This document shows positions 10,798 to 21,264 of a DNA stretch of 64,000 nucleotides, piece after piece (the first letter of the stretch is position 1; each line of letters opens with the position of its first letter). The DNA comes from Candidatus Marinacidobacterales bacterium (GTDB lineage Bacteria; Acidobacteriota; Vicinamibacteria; Marinacidobacterales; SMYC01). The notes beneath the pieces are model-generated. The model was given only the letters and a program-made list of their open reading frames with translations. It ran no database searches and was not told the origin of the DNA. The translations under genes and the position numbers were made by a program. The stretch is from the NCBI GenBank assembly GCA_965224085.1, contig CBDCYI010000004.1:1696001-1760000 (forward strand), given 5' to 3'.

Positions 10798-11884
10798 TGC
10801 CTTGGTGCACAACTCGCGATCTAGGTCCACAATTGTCCTGTACTCGCGGATTCGAGGTTCCCCATGAGCATTTTCAAACGCACTCAGCGGAAGTATGTGA
10901 AGAAGGCCTATCGCGTGAGGAATTGGCGTGAATATGAGGCGGGTCTACGCAACCGCGGGAGCCTGACCGTCTGGATCTCGCTCACCGCCGGCAAGCTTGT
11001 GAACTGGGACGCGCCCTGGCCAAGGAGGAGGAAACCGGGCCGTCAACGCAAGTAGTCGAACCACGCCATCGAGACGGCTGTCACCCTGGGCATGGTGTTT
11101 CATCTGTCGTCTAGGCAGAGCGAGGGATTGCTGCGATCGTTGTTCGCTCTGATGAAGCTAGACAATGATGTGCCCGATCACACCACGATCTCGAGGCGCA
11201 AGGCGAAGCTGGGTAAGGTCCCCTTCTACCAAGACAAGCAGAAGACGCCGTTGCACATCTTGATCGACAGCAGCGGTCTCGCTGTACACGCCGGCCAGCT
11301 GCGCAGAGCACCAAATAGCAGGGACTATCGCAAGCTCCATCTGTGTGTCGACGAGCAGACTGGCGAAGTCGTCGCCTGCGAGCTGACGAGCAAAAGAGCC
11401 CGCGATTCATCGCGGGTTGCATCGCTTGTCGGACAGAGCGACAGTCCCATCTCATCGGCCAGAGCTGACACCGCATACGACGCCAGCGGCGTCTATGAGG
11501 CAATCGAGAATCACAGCGCTCATCGCTCGCCGAGGGTGCTGATACCGCCGCGCAAGGGCGCCCTGCTCGCATCGGGGCCGGCGAGCAGCCGACAGCGCAA
11601 TCGCAACATTGCAGCACAAGCTCGGCTCGGCAAACGAAAGTGGCACACAGAATCGGGCTACAGCAAACGGAGCAAAGTCGAGACAACGTTCCATCGCTAC
11701 AAGGCTATCGTGGGCTCAGCAATGCGAGCGAGAGGGTTGGCGGCACAGAGAGTCGAGGCAAGGATCGGGTGCAAGATTCTCAACACCATGACGGCGCTCG
11801 GGATGCCTGATAGCGAGATGATCGGATGATGGGAGTCGGGGCCAAGCGAGCTCTCGGCCTCTATCGGAGTTGTGCACCAAGGCA
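10798..11884 (+). mobile_element. IS5-family (IS903-like) element; transposase 10864-11829 has an in-frame TAG at 11053-11055
   Basis: 18-bp perfect IRs TGCCTTGGTGCACAACTC; YRVRNWREYEAGLRNRGSLT, PDHTTISRR, IDSSG, DTAYD, Y-R-VE-K motifs; RQRK*SNHAIE reads on in frame. Confidence 0.92.
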
Positions 11885-11981
11885 GTGATCTGGCAGTACT
11901 GACGGACTCGCTTCAATGAAGCTCCGCGCCGACAGGCGTGGAATGCGGTGGAATCCACACTGCACCCGGCTGGTGTCACCG

Positions 11982-12323
11982 ATGGATATCGAAGTTTTGG
12001 AAGAACGGCATCACGATGTGCTCGTGCTGCTCCCCATCGGACGCCTGGATAGCGGGAACGCCAGCGCGTTCGAATCGATCGTCATGGAGCACATCAACAG
12101 CGGCGAGCGGCACCTGGTCATCGATTTCAACCGTCTCGACTTCATCAGCAGCGCTGGTCTGCGGGTCGCCCTGCTCGCCACCCGGGCGCTGCAGACGATC
12201 AAGGGGCGGATCGTCCTCTGCGCCATGAGGAAACACATCGAGGAAGTCTTCCGAATCAGCGGCTTCGACCGGATCATCGTGATCAAGGAGTCGCGCCAAA
12301 CGGCTCTGGACGTCTTCGCCTGA
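11982..12323 (+). CDS. STAS-domain anti-sigma-factor antagonist (SpoIIAA/RsbV-like)
   Basis: GRLD..VIDFNRLDFISSAGLR..EVFRISGF with the phosphorylatable Ser. Confidence 0.92.
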   Translation: MDIEVLEERHHDVLVLLPIGRLDSGNASAFESIVMEHINSGERHLVIDFNRLDFISSAGLRVALLATRALQTIKGRIVLCAMRKHIEEVFRISGFDRIIVIKESRQTALDVFA

Positions 12324-12378
12324 CCCGTGGCACCCCCCCCCCGGCGTTACGATACGGGCGCCCCGCTCCATCAGGGCT

Positions 12379-13038
12379 TCAACGCCGGTAGGCCCGCAAG
12401 GTTTGGACTAGGGCACCTTCTTTTTTTGCCCAGGACGACCGGATCATCTGCAACGCCGATTCGGCGGTCGGCGCCTGCAGGGCCAACGCACGGTTTTTAC
12501 CCTTCAGCAGCCCCTCGGCGACCGCGTGGTCCAGAAACTTGAACAGGTAATCGTAGTAGCCGTCACTGTTCAACAAGACGCACGGCTTCTCATGCAGCTC
12601 GATCTGCGCCCAGGTGAGCGCCTCGAATATCTCCTCGATCGTTCCAAAACCCCCGGGCAAGGCCAGCGACGCGTCCGCCAAGGACTGCATCTTGTATTTC
12701 CGTTCATGCATGGTGTCGACCACATGCAGTTGGCTCAGGCCGTCGTGGGCCACGTCCTGGTATTCCAGATGTCGTGGGATGACGCCGGTGACGCTGCCGC
12801 CGTGCGCAAGGACGGCGTCGGCCAGGGCACCCATCAGCCCGACCCTCGCCCCACCGTACACCAGACCGATCCCTTCCCTCGCCATCAGGCAGCCCAGGGT
12901 CTCGGCCTCTCGGACATGCTCCTCGCGGGTTCCGATGTTCCCGGCCAGATAGACGCAGATGTGTTTTGCGCTGGGCGACTGGGTTGGATTGCTGCCGCAT
13001 TCGGGGCCGTCTCTGTTCCGTGATCCTTTGGTCGACAT
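12379..13038 (-). CDS. LOG-family nucleotide 5'-monophosphate phosphoribohydrolase (TIGR00730)
   Basis: LVYGG..GLMG..MHERK..LPGGFGTIEE. Confidence 0.92.
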   Translation of the reverse strand: MSTKGSRNRDGPECGSNPTQSPSAKHICVYLAGNIGTREEHVREAETLGCLMAREGIGLVYGGARVGLMGALADAVLAHGGSVTGVIPRHLEYQDVAHDGLSQLHVVDTMHERKYKMQSLADASLALPGGFGTIEEIFEALTWAQIELHEKPCVLLNSDGYYDYLFKFLDHAVAEGLLKGKNRALALQAPTAESALQMIRSSWAKKEGALVQTLRAYRR

Positions 13039-13056
13039 CTATGTCCACATCCGAAG

Positions 13057-14091
13057 CTATGTCCGACCGTCCGGTTCCACCTCCGGGTCCGCGCTTCCAA
13101 CTGCGGATGGTGGGGAACCCAGGGACAAGGGTGAGCTGCTTTCGATCGGCAGGCCCACCTGCATCCAACGTGGAGAGTTTGCGCTGGCGACCGTGACGTA
13201 CTTGTAGACGGCGCCGTCCGAGACCCGCGGCGCGGTGTCATGCACGACTTGCGTCGTCCCTTCCGTGAGCCGAACCCGATCATCGGCACGCGGCAGGCCG
13301 GCCGGGAAGTGGCTCGCGGGGGACGACGGAAGGCTGGTGTATACCGCATCGCCGCCCAGGGTCACGACGTGAATCTCGCCTATCGTGGTGGAGTCCACGA
13401 TGCGGCGCAGCCTGCCGTAGATCTCCTCGGTCGGCCACCCGGCCTCCTCGGCAGCCGCTACGAAATAATCCACGAGCGTGGCCTGCACGATCATTTGCTG
13501 GCCGAGGATCCCATCGAGGACGATTCTGATCTCGGCCAGCCGGTTGGTATAGATGTTGTTCAGGATCTCTGGCTCGCCGAAGGCCGTCATGACCGGCGAG
13601 GTATAGGCATTGCTCAAGACGTCCTGCTCGTCAAAGGCCGGCGCATTGACCACTTGCACAATCCGATGCCGGTCGACACCGCTGACTCCGACGTACTTGT
13701 AGATCTCATGATCAATCTCCCGCACCTGCGCCGGCTGTGTCACGGCATCGTCGCTATCGAGGGAAGATGCAAGCAGGGCATAGAACGTCGAAGCCTGCGG
13801 TTGGACCGCGGGATCGGGACCGAACCGGAAAGGCACCAGCGCTCCGGTTTCATCCCGGACGGTGGTGAGATAGGCTACGCCCTGCTCGTCCGTGATCCAG
13901 ATCTCGTCCAGCACCGTGCTCGCGCCGATGGCGGCGAGGGTTTCGATCACGCGCGCCGAGTCATGCCCGGCCGCTTCGGCCGCGGCCACAAGATGTGCAG
14001 CGATACGCGCCTGTGCCGTCATCTGATCGTCCAGCATCGCGTCAAGCGCGCGTGCGATCTTGGCGAGCGAAAGTTGGCCCATCTCAGTCAA
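13057..14091 (-). CDS. Hypothetical protein made of two tandem Cache/PAS-like sensor repeats (start may be ATG 14082)
   Basis: Repeat 1 LDAMLDDQM..AAAEAAG..LDEIWIT..YKYVGV..RIVQV; repeat 2 LDGILGQQM..AAAEEAG..IGEIHVV..YKYVTV..RWMQVG. Confidence 0.75.
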   Translation of the reverse strand: MTEMGQLSLAKIARALDAMLDDQMTAQARIAAHLVAAAEAAGHDSARVIETLAAIGASTVLDEIWITDEQGVAYLTTVRDETGALVPFRFGPDPAVQPQASTFYALLASSLDSDDAVTQPAQVREIDHEIYKYVGVSGVDRHRIVQVVNAPAFDEQDVLSNAYTSPVMTAFGEPEILNNIYTNRLAEIRIVLDGILGQQMIVQATLVDYFVAAAEEAGWPTEEIYGRLRRIVDSTTIGEIHVVTLGGDAVYTSLPSSPASHFPAGLPRADDRVRLTEGTTQVVHDTAPRVSDGAVYKYVTVASANSPRWMQVGLPIESSSPLSLGSPPSAVGSADPEVEPDGRT

Positions 14092-14242
14092 GCTGGCGTG
14101 TCATGCGTTACGTTTCTTGTCGTATGCTGTCGCGTGCCCGTTCTGAGCGGGCTGTGTCCAGCAGCGCCGCCCAGGCTAGCAAAGTTTTCGTATTCTAGCG
14201 ACCCGTAAAGACCGGCAGCTTGAGCGGCCGTCAGAAGAACCA

Positions 14243-14373
14243 TCGCAACGCTGAGCGGCCGGACTCACCTTGGGCGGTTTCACGCCGAGCGAAGCCCATG
14301 CTGGAATCCGGCCAGCCTGACCATGAACGGCCGACTTCACCTTGAATCGGCGGTCGTTTCAGCGAGTACTTCA
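14243..14373 (+). mobile_element. Possible IS3-family transposase C-terminal remnant
   Basis: NAERP..LGGFTPSEA resembles the YNxxRPHxxLgxxTP end of IS3 OrfB (frameshifted). Confidence 0.4.
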
Positions 14374-14377
14374 ACGA

Positions 14378-14895
14378 GCGTTGGTGCACGAATCGGCGTT
14401 GGTGCATGAATCCGTTCGTGCTCGCCCGGAACCTTTTGGCGGTCCAACTTGCCCCCCGCCGATCGCTTGTGATTCAGGCTTGTCCAGCTCAGACATCCGG
14501 TTCAATACATGGCACCCGAGTCTCGCCTCCCGATTCTGCGATTCGTAGCCGCGCGCGATAAGGCTGTTTCCGAGCGTGCGCTTGTACCTGAAGAAAAGAT
14601 TCTCGATGGAGCCCTGTCGTCGATACCCTGACTCCCGCTGCCAGCCTTGGCGCCCGATTCTGCGAATCGTCTTGAGGGTCGCGTTCCGCTGCGCCCACGT
14701 GCCCTCGGCGCCGTCCAAAGGCAACGCCCCTCGTCGAGGTGGGAGCACGATCTTGATGTCCGCGGTGCCGACCTCACCGAGCAGCTCGTAAACCGACCGA
14801 GTATCGTAGGCCCCATCGACTGTGAAACGTCGGATCGGAGAGTCGCTCTGTTCGACCAGACACGCGACAGTGGACGGATCGTCCTCGCGGTGCTT
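14378..14895 (-). mobile_element. Second, divergent IS5/IS903-like remnant (3' half) with a tandem-duplicated terminal IR
   Basis: DGAYDT..PPRRGA..GYRRQGSIENLFFRYK..EARLGCHVLNRM; GCGTTGGTGCAYGAATC at 14378-14394 and 14396-14412. Confidence 0.8.
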
Positions 14896-15060
14896 GCGTC
14901 ATTGACTGTTGCGGGCATAAGGGGAAGACTGTGTAGTGCTATAGGTTACATCAGATTTTAACGTCACCGGACTTCAGCTTGCGCCAAACTGTGCATAAGT
15001 GCCGTCCTCGCACGACGACGTGGACGAGCCGGCAACAGTAAACGGAGCAAGCACCCCAAG

Positions 15061-15232
15061 ATGACTTGCATCGTTCTCACTCTGAACGACCACTCCCTCT
15101 TTAGCCTCGCAGCTGTACAACACCGCGAGCCTCACCGCAGAGAATGCCCGCTTAGCGGACCGATGTCAACCACCCAGCGGCCCGAACGAAGGCCTTGCCG
15201 GAAGCGTCCGGCCCCGCTTGACAACCCCACGG
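15061..15232. repeat. Copy A of a ~172-bp direct repeat (ispH 5' end plus divergent promoter region); copy B at 26602-26772
   Basis: Manual alignment: 8 substitutions plus 1 indel; contains the first ispH codons (MQVI) on the minus strand. Confidence 0.92.
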
Positions 15233-15246
15233 TGAGTCCATATAAC
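15218..15246 (+). promoter_or_regulatory. Near-consensus sigma70 promoter for the squalene/phytoene synthase
   Basis: TTGACA (15218-15223), 17 bp, TATAAC (15241-15246). Confidence 0.8.
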
Positions 15247-15284
15247 TTCCATTAGGCGAAGAAGAAAATGGGACAAGCGTCAGG

Positions 15285-16376
15285 ATGACGGCGTCCTCCT
15301 CGAACGTGTCGACGAAGGGCGACCTCGCCTACCAGGCTACAATCCTGCAAGGCGTGTCCCGCACCTTTGCGCTCACGATTCCGCAGCTTCCAGGCGCTCT
15401 CCGTGACGTGGTGGGCAATGCCTATCTCCTGTGCCGAATCACAGACACCATTGAGGACGAGCCCACGCTGTCCGCCGGGCAGAAGCAGGTGTTTGCGGAA
15501 CGCTTCGTCGAGGTCGTGGCCGGTCGAGAAGCAGCGGAGCCGTTCGCGCGCGAGCTCGGCGCGGGGCTGTCGTCGTCGTCGACCGCCAGCGAGCATGACC
15601 TGATCGCCAACACCGCCCGGGTCATCCGCATCACAAACGGGTTTCGTGCTGCCCAACGAGGCGCGCTCGAACGCTGCGTGCGGATCATGGCGCACGGCAT
15701 GGCGGAGTTTCAGCAGCACGTGACAGCCGCCGGCTTGAACGACCTGCCCCACCTCGATCGCTATTGCTACCACGTCGCCGGCGTGGTCGGCGAGATGCTC
15801 ACCGAGCTGTTCTGCGACTACTCCGCCGAAATCAACGAACGTCGCAACGAACTGCTCCCGCTGGCAGTCTTCTTCGGCCAAGGGCTGCAGATGACCAACA
15901 TCCTCAAGGATGTATGGGACGACCGGCAGCGCGGGGCGTGCTGGCTGCCGCGGGACATCTTCCTTGAAGCCGGGTTCGAGCTGCGCTCCCTGTCCGCGGG
16001 GCAAAATGACCCCCGCTTCACCGACGGGCTGTTCACGCTGGTGGGGATCGCCCGCCAGCATCTGGCGGACGCGTTGCGGTTCATCCAGCTCATTCCGGCC
16101 CATGAAACCGGCATTCGCCGACACTGCCTGTGGGCCTTGGGGATGGCCGTGCTGACCCTGCGCCGCATTCACGCGACGCCAACGTTCCGGAACGAGCGGG
16201 AGGTCAAGATCTCGCGCCGCAGCGTGCGTGCGGTCACCGTAGTCACCAGCACCCTGGTGCGCTCGAATTTGGCGCTGACGCTCCTCTTCAAGGTACTGAC
16301 CCGCGGCCTCCCCCAAGCCGAAGCAGCACGGGCTCCGGACAAGCGTAAAAGCAAGCCCTTGAAGAGTATCCCGTGA
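15285..16376 (+). CDS. Squalene/phytoene synthase family protein, most like single-enzyme FDFT1-type squalene synthase
   Basis: [46 protein letters not shown]-terminal VKISR; the stop codon lies inside the adjacent element end. Confidence 0.9.
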   Translation: MTASSSNVSTKGDLAYQATILQGVSRTFALTIPQLPGALRDVVGNAYLLCRITDTIEDEPTLSAGQKQVFAERFVEVVAGREAAEPFARELGAGLSSSSTASEHDLIANTARVIRITNGFRAAQRGALERCVRIMAHGMAEFQQHVTAAGLNDLPHLDRYCYHVAGVVGEMLTELFCDYSAEINERRNELLPLAVFFGQGLQMTNILKDVWDDRQRGACWLPRDIFLEAGFELRSLSAGQNDPRFTDGLFTLVGIARQHLADALRFIQLIPAHETGIRRHCLWALGMAVLTLRRIHATPTFRNEREVKISRRSVRAVTVVTSTLVRSNLALTLLFKVLTRGLPQAEAARAPDKRKSKPLKSIP

Positions 16377-17422
16377 GGTCAAAATACTCATGCGGCTTCC
16401 CGATGGTAGAAACGTAGCAACCCACCCAGCGCTCCGCGAACGAGTTCAAATCCGGGCTCCGTGCGGGCAGCTTGACGGGCGCGACGCCAACCGCCTCGAT
16501 GATCCGGTGGAACGACTCGCAGAACTTCGAGTCCCGGTCGTGAATGAGGTATCGGCTCGAGGACAGAAGGCCGACATCTGCCATGGTCACGTTGCGAGCC
16601 ACTTGAGTCATCCACTGTTCGTTCGGATGCGGCGTGATGCCGGCGATGTGGACTCGACGGGTAGCCAAGTGTATGAAGAACACAACGTAGTACGTCACCA
16701 ACCCGCCCTGAGTCCACACTTCCGCGGTGAAGAAATCTGTGGCCGCGAGGACGTCCATGTGCGAGCGGATGAACTCCCTCCACGTCGTGGTCTTCCGACG
16801 CTCTGGTGCGAGCGGAATGCCGTGGCGTTTCAGAATGTTACCGACGGTTTGGTCGGCCACTTCATGCCCGAGGTTGGCTAGCGCCCCGGCAATCCGGTCG
16901 TAACCCCAGGACTTGTTCTCCTTGGCGAGACGCACCACCAGCTCTTCGATGTCGGCGTCGATCCGCGGTCGCCCTGGATACTGACGGTTCTTGGAGCTGT
17001 CGAACTTCTTCGCAACAAGCCTCCGGTGCCAACCTAGGATCGTGTCGGGGTTCACGATACTCGCGATCTCATCAAGGGCTTGCTTACCCAGACGCTTTCC
17101 GAGCTCGGCCAGAGACCGCCGTTCGCCATCGGTCAGGCGCAAGCGACCCTGGATCTGAATTCGAAGAACTCGATTCTCAGCCACAAGATACTCGTTGCGC
17201 AGGAGCAACTCCTCATCCACGGATCCTGAGATGTAGCTCAGTATGGTCTTCCAGTCCATCGCGACTCCTTTCGCTGAACCGGAATACGTATCCGACCGCG
17301 ATGGCCGATTCAAGCGGCCTTTGGAAAGGTGCAAACTGCTGACCCACTGGGCGTTCGAGTATTTTGACCGGGGTTGCTACGTTTCTACCATCGGGAAGCC
17401 GCATGAGTATTTTGACCTCACG
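16372..17422 (-). mobile_element. Integrase-core (rve) transposase element, internally deleted (CDS 17259 to ~16424), bounded by a 52-bp perfect inverted repeat
   Basis: PDTILGWHRRL, WGYDRIAG, ATDFFT, YLIHDRDSKF, ARSPDLNSFAERWV; 16372-16423 is the reverse complement of 17371-17422. Confidence 0.85.
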
Positions 17423-17509
17423 CGATAATTCATGGTCGAGACGCCGAGGACGTGATAGTCACGCGCGTAGCGGATTTGGCGATGTCAAATGCGGTCGTTG
17501 AGGAAACTC

Positions 17510-18796
17510 TTAGAAACTATAAGTCAGGCTCAGATCGAGGAAGCTGTCGCGTCGCATCTCATAGTGGAGATCCGCCTCATCGACACTGAGAAGGGCGATC
17601 GTCTCCATGTGCAGTAACCACTGGTCGGTGATGCGCCGGTTGAATTCGACAGCCAGTGAGCGTGTGGCGCGGCCCGCGTCCGCCAGAACGCCGACAACGA
17701 CTTCGGTGCTCTGGACGTCGTTGAACACAAGGCGCGTGGCGAGGAAGAAATCGTTCTCGAGAGTATTGGGCGAACGGCTTGGCGTCGCATTTCGGCCCCG
17801 CCCATCGTAATTCCATTCGCTGACGACGTTGAGATCGAAGGCGGAACCGGCCACGGAATAGAACGTGTACTCTCCACCGAAAACGGTGGCAAAGTAGTCC
17901 TCTTCCCGGCCGGACAGGTTTCGAGCGTCGGCGCGCTGAATGGCCTCGAGCTTGAACAGCCAGGAGCCGATGGTCATCTGGGCGTCCAGCCCGAATTGGC
18001 GGATCTGCGCGTAGTACTGAATCAGAGCCGGCCCGCCGTCCGGGTCGCTGCCCGGCAGCAGAAACGGCTCCCGGCTGGTGCCGTCGAATACGCTCACGCC
18101 AAGATCGAGTGGTCCGAAGCTGCGGCTGTATCGGGAGGCGAGATCCAGGTGCCACTCCCCAGCCGCGCTCTCGTACTCGATACGCTCGTGGTCCACGACG
18201 AACGGCAGGCGCAGGCGGCCGCTGCGACCTTGAAACGTGCGCGCGCGGTGATAGGGCAGGCCGAATATTTCAAATACGCCCCAGTCGCCAAACCAGGTGA
18301 CGTGCACCATGGGTTGCCCCAGTTTGGCCTCTCCGTTCGGATGCTCGACGAAGTCGACCTGGTTGACGATATCGACCAGGTGCTGCGATTCGGTGACTCC
18401 CCAGAACACCTGGTCGACGCCCAGACGCAACTCCCATCCGCTATCGCCGATTTCGCCGAACAGCAGAAGATAGGCTTCGTGCAGATCGAAGTGGGTGCGG
18501 CGCGGATCCGAATGATCGTAGCGAAAGAACGGCGCCAGCGTGAGGTTTCTGCCGTCGGCGTCTTCCAGATAGAATCGCGGTGCCGCAACGAAGCCGCTGG
18601 CAAGCGAGCGCTGGCCGGAAAAGGCGCCCGCTTCGGGAAACCAACGGCTTTCGGCGCTCAGGCGTCCGGAAAACTCGTATTCGACAGTCTCCTCGGTCTC
18701 CTCGGTTCCGGCATGTGCGTCGGTGGCAAAAATGGTGGCCACGAACCAGACAGCGCCCAGGAGTCCGTGGCAAAAAGCGGCACGGGGTCGCATCAC
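17510..18796 (-). CDS. Outer-membrane beta-barrel protein of MMPL/LolA-like lipid transport operons
   Basis: Signal peptide, FWGVTESQHLVDIVNQ, amphipathic strands, C-terminal LTYSF; ATGA overlap with the LolA-like gene. Confidence 0.8.
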   Translation of the reverse strand: MMRPRAAFCHGLLGAVWFVATIFATDAHAGTEETEETVEYEFSGRLSAESRWFPEAGAFSGQRSLASGFVAAPRFYLEDADGRNLTLAPFFRYDHSDPRRTHFDLHEAYLLLFGEIGDSGWELRLGVDQVFWGVTESQHLVDIVNQVDFVEHPNGEAKLGQPMVHVTWFGDWGVFEIFGLPYHRARTFQGRSGRLRLPFVVDHERIEYESAAGEWHLDLASRYSRSFGPLDLGVSVFDGTSREPFLLPGSDPDGGPALIQYYAQIRQFGLDAQMTIGSWLFKLEAIQRADARNLSGREEDYFATVFGGEYTFYSVAGSAFDLNVVSEWNYDGRGRNATPSRSPNTLENDFFLATRLVFNDVQSTEVVVGVLADAGRATRSLAVEFNRRITDQWLLHMETIALLSVDEADLHYEMRRDSFLDLSLTYSF

Positions 18797-19620
18797 CGCG
18801 CCCGTCTCAGCCCCGTTTGTGTGAAATCGCTGCCGTCCAGGTCTGTTTGGAACTGAAAATCGGTCTGGGTCAGCACCGTGCTTTTCCCGGTCAAATGATT
18901 CACCATCGTCATCTTGCTGGCCCGCCAGTAACGATCCAGGTACTGCGCGTAGTTGTCCAGGGTGAGCGTTTTCAGATGGGCGTCCTTGCGGTCGTAGTAC
19001 TCAATTTTCCGGATGCGACGCTCGTCCTGGTCGCGCCAGACCAGCTGACGGCGATAGCTCGACTTCTTGTCTACGGGGAAGCGCTCAGTGACCGTGCATG
19101 TTGAATCGCCGCACGGCTCGTCGCGCAGGTACCGGTAGGTGAATTTCTCCACTTCCTGGGCGGTCATGTCTTCATACGCAAACTCGCTGCCCATGAAGGA
19201 GCCGGACCGGTTGGCCGAGCTGATGCGCTTGACGCGTTTCAGCGCGGGGAGATAGAGCCATTGATCGTCAGCGTCCTCCCGGTGGGCGTGAATGAGGAAC
19301 GCCGTTCCTTGGACGTCGCGGGGCTCATCGAACACGAACAGGCTCTTGTCCCCGTCGTCGGACACCTCGAGAACGTGGACCCGGAGCTGACGTCGGCTCT
19401 CCTGCCCCTGCTTGTTGCGCAGCACCATGACCTGCTGGGCCGTAAAGTTGACGAACCCTTCCTCGCGCGCCCGGGCATCCTGCGCGATCTTCAGCCCGGC
19501 TTCCTCGGGCGTGTCGTTTGCCGCGTGAGTGGGCACCGGTGCGCCCAGCCCCGTCACAATGGCCAGCGACAGCGCGCATAACAGGAACAGCAGTCGTGCG
19601 GGAAGGCATGCAGGCATCAT
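18793..19620 (-). CDS. Outer-membrane lipoprotein-sorting (LolA-like) protein
   Basis: FDEPRDVQGTAFL, DDQWLYLPALKRVKRI, GSFMGSEFAYED; GGAG RBS before ATG 19620. Confidence 0.88.
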   Translation of the reverse strand: MMPACLPARLLFLLCALSLAIVTGLGAPVPTHAANDTPEEAGLKIAQDARAREEGFVNFTAQQVMVLRNKQGQESRRQLRVHVLEVSDDGDKSLFVFDEPRDVQGTAFLIHAHREDADDQWLYLPALKRVKRISSANRSGSFMGSEFAYEDMTAQEVEKFTYRYLRDEPCGDSTCTVTERFPVDKKSSYRRQLVWRDQDERRIRKIEYYDRKDAHLKTLTLDNYAQYLDRYWRASKMTMVNHLTGKSTVLTQTDFQFQTDLDGSDFTQTGLRRAR

Positions 19621-20039
19621 GAATCTCCCTAGTCTATCGTAATCAGCAGCGTTGGCAGAAGCAAGGAAATCGGCGGCGAGCGCCAGGATGATCGTCATCG
19701 TCACCAGGACGCCGAGCGCCCAGCTCACCTCGAATCCCACGTGGCGAACACCAGAAAGCCGGCCGACGGGACCGCGGTCGTCGTCAACAACGCATGGCCC
19801 ACGGTGCGAAAGGCGGCGCGCACGGCTTCCGGTGCGGGAAGACCTTCGCGCCGGACTTTCAGACTCAGAAAATGAATGGTATCATCCACGACAATCCCGA
19901 AGACAACGGCGACGACCACCGAGGACACAATGCCCACGTGGCCCACGAGGTAGCCCCACAGACCGAAGCTCATGATTGCGGGGATGAAATGCGGCAAGAG
20001 GCTGAGGAGACCGATCTCAACGCTCCTGAAAACAAAAAT

Positions 20040-21264
20040 GGGTCTTCGGCAAAATTTGTGGGTAGAAACCGTTTGCGATCACCCCTTCATCAGACCATGG
20101 CGCTCGCCGACGTTGCTGGCACGCATGGCCTATGGAGGCTGCGGCGATTGTGGAAAACGCGAGAAGCACGTCCGGGAGTGACGCTGGACAGGATGGGTTG
20201 TGAGCTGATTCCACGGGGCGTCATGGGGACCGGGATTTGCGCCTTTCACTCATTTTCTGCCGGACGAAGTCCACCCCGTAGGCCCGCTTCGCCATCAGCA
20301 AATTGTGCGCCGGGCACAAGAGTCTGAGAACTTGCTCATCGTTGTTGTGAAAGATGCCAAATGGTGACCTATGGTCGAGGTGCAGTCCCACGCGCGACGT
20401 ACACCGCGTCCCGGAGCAAAATACAAACACTGGTAGCCATCACGTTCGTGAACCCGCTCGGAAACCTCCGAGGCGACGTAGCGACTCTCGGCGCGCTCGT
20501 CTTTTTCCCCATCTCGTTCTGAACGAGATGGCTCAGAGGCTGCTTCCTGCCTCTTCCTCCGCCGCTCGAGTTTCTTCTTCGGATCCTTTTTGTCGAGCGC
20601 GATGTTGTGGGGCCACGAGCATATGGCTCTCGACGACATCAAGGCCATTGGCATCGACGAAATCCTATGGCACAAAGGCCACCAATACCTCACTGTGGTC
20701 TATCAGATTGACGAGCACCGCAAGCGGCTTTTGTGGTTGGGCGACAAGCGTCGAGTTAAGACGTTGCTCAAGTTCTTTCGCTGGTTCGGCAAGCAACGAA
20801 GTGGTGCGCTTGAGTTCATTTGCTCTGATATGTGGCAGCCTTACCTGAAGGTCATCGCCAAGAAAGCCTCCCAGGCCGTGCACGTCCTGGACCGGTTCCA
20901 CATCCTCCGCTCCGTTCGGAGCTATCTCTTGAAGGAAGACTTCCAGTTTTTCTGGGAATACGTCTCTCCTTACTGGGCAGGTCGCTTCCTCGATCGGTGG
21001 TGCACTCGAGTCATGCGCTCGCAAATCAAACCGATGAAGAAGGTGGCTCACTCGCTGCGTAAACATCGTGTCCTTCTCCTCAACTGGTTCCGCGCCAAAG
21101 GCGCCATCTCCGCCGGTGTTGTCGAGGGCTTCAACAACAAAGCCAAACTCACTACCAGAAAAGCCTTCGGATTCCGGACCTTCAAAGCTGCCGAAGTCGC
21201 TCTTTTTCACACACTTGGAGATCTACCGGAACCAGAGATGACCCACAGATTTTGCTGAGGAGGC
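20040..21264 (+). mobile_element. ISL3-family element (partial transposase ~20600-21258) with 8-bp target duplication
   Basis: IRs GGGTCTTCGGCAAAATTTGTGGGT / ACCCACAGATTTTGCTGAGGAGGC; ACAAAAAT at 20032-20039 and 21265-21272; IGIDE, CSDMWQPY, EGFNNKAK, THRFC. Confidence 0.88.
20221..20600 (-). pseudogene. HNH endonuclease C-terminal fragment (frameshifted) inside the ISL3 element
   Basis: SRYVASEV..VHERDGYQC / RC..LHLDH..LLCPAHN. Confidence 0.7.

Noticed and set aside
11053-11055. In-frame TAG in the IS5 transposase as programmed readthrough or recoding
   Set aside because: A single-base change from a Tyr codon explains it, and TAG ends other genes normally in this window.
15285-16376. Calling the locus a carotenoid or hopanoid cluster
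   Set aside because: No crtI/crtY, shc or hpnCDE set in the window; motifs look more FDFT1-like. Such genes could still exist elsewhere in the genome.
18793-19740. MMPL-LolA fusion suggested by the 315-aa ORF
   Set aside because: It arises from a frameshift in the MMPL pseudogene tail; the LolA-like gene has its own RBS and ATG at 19620.
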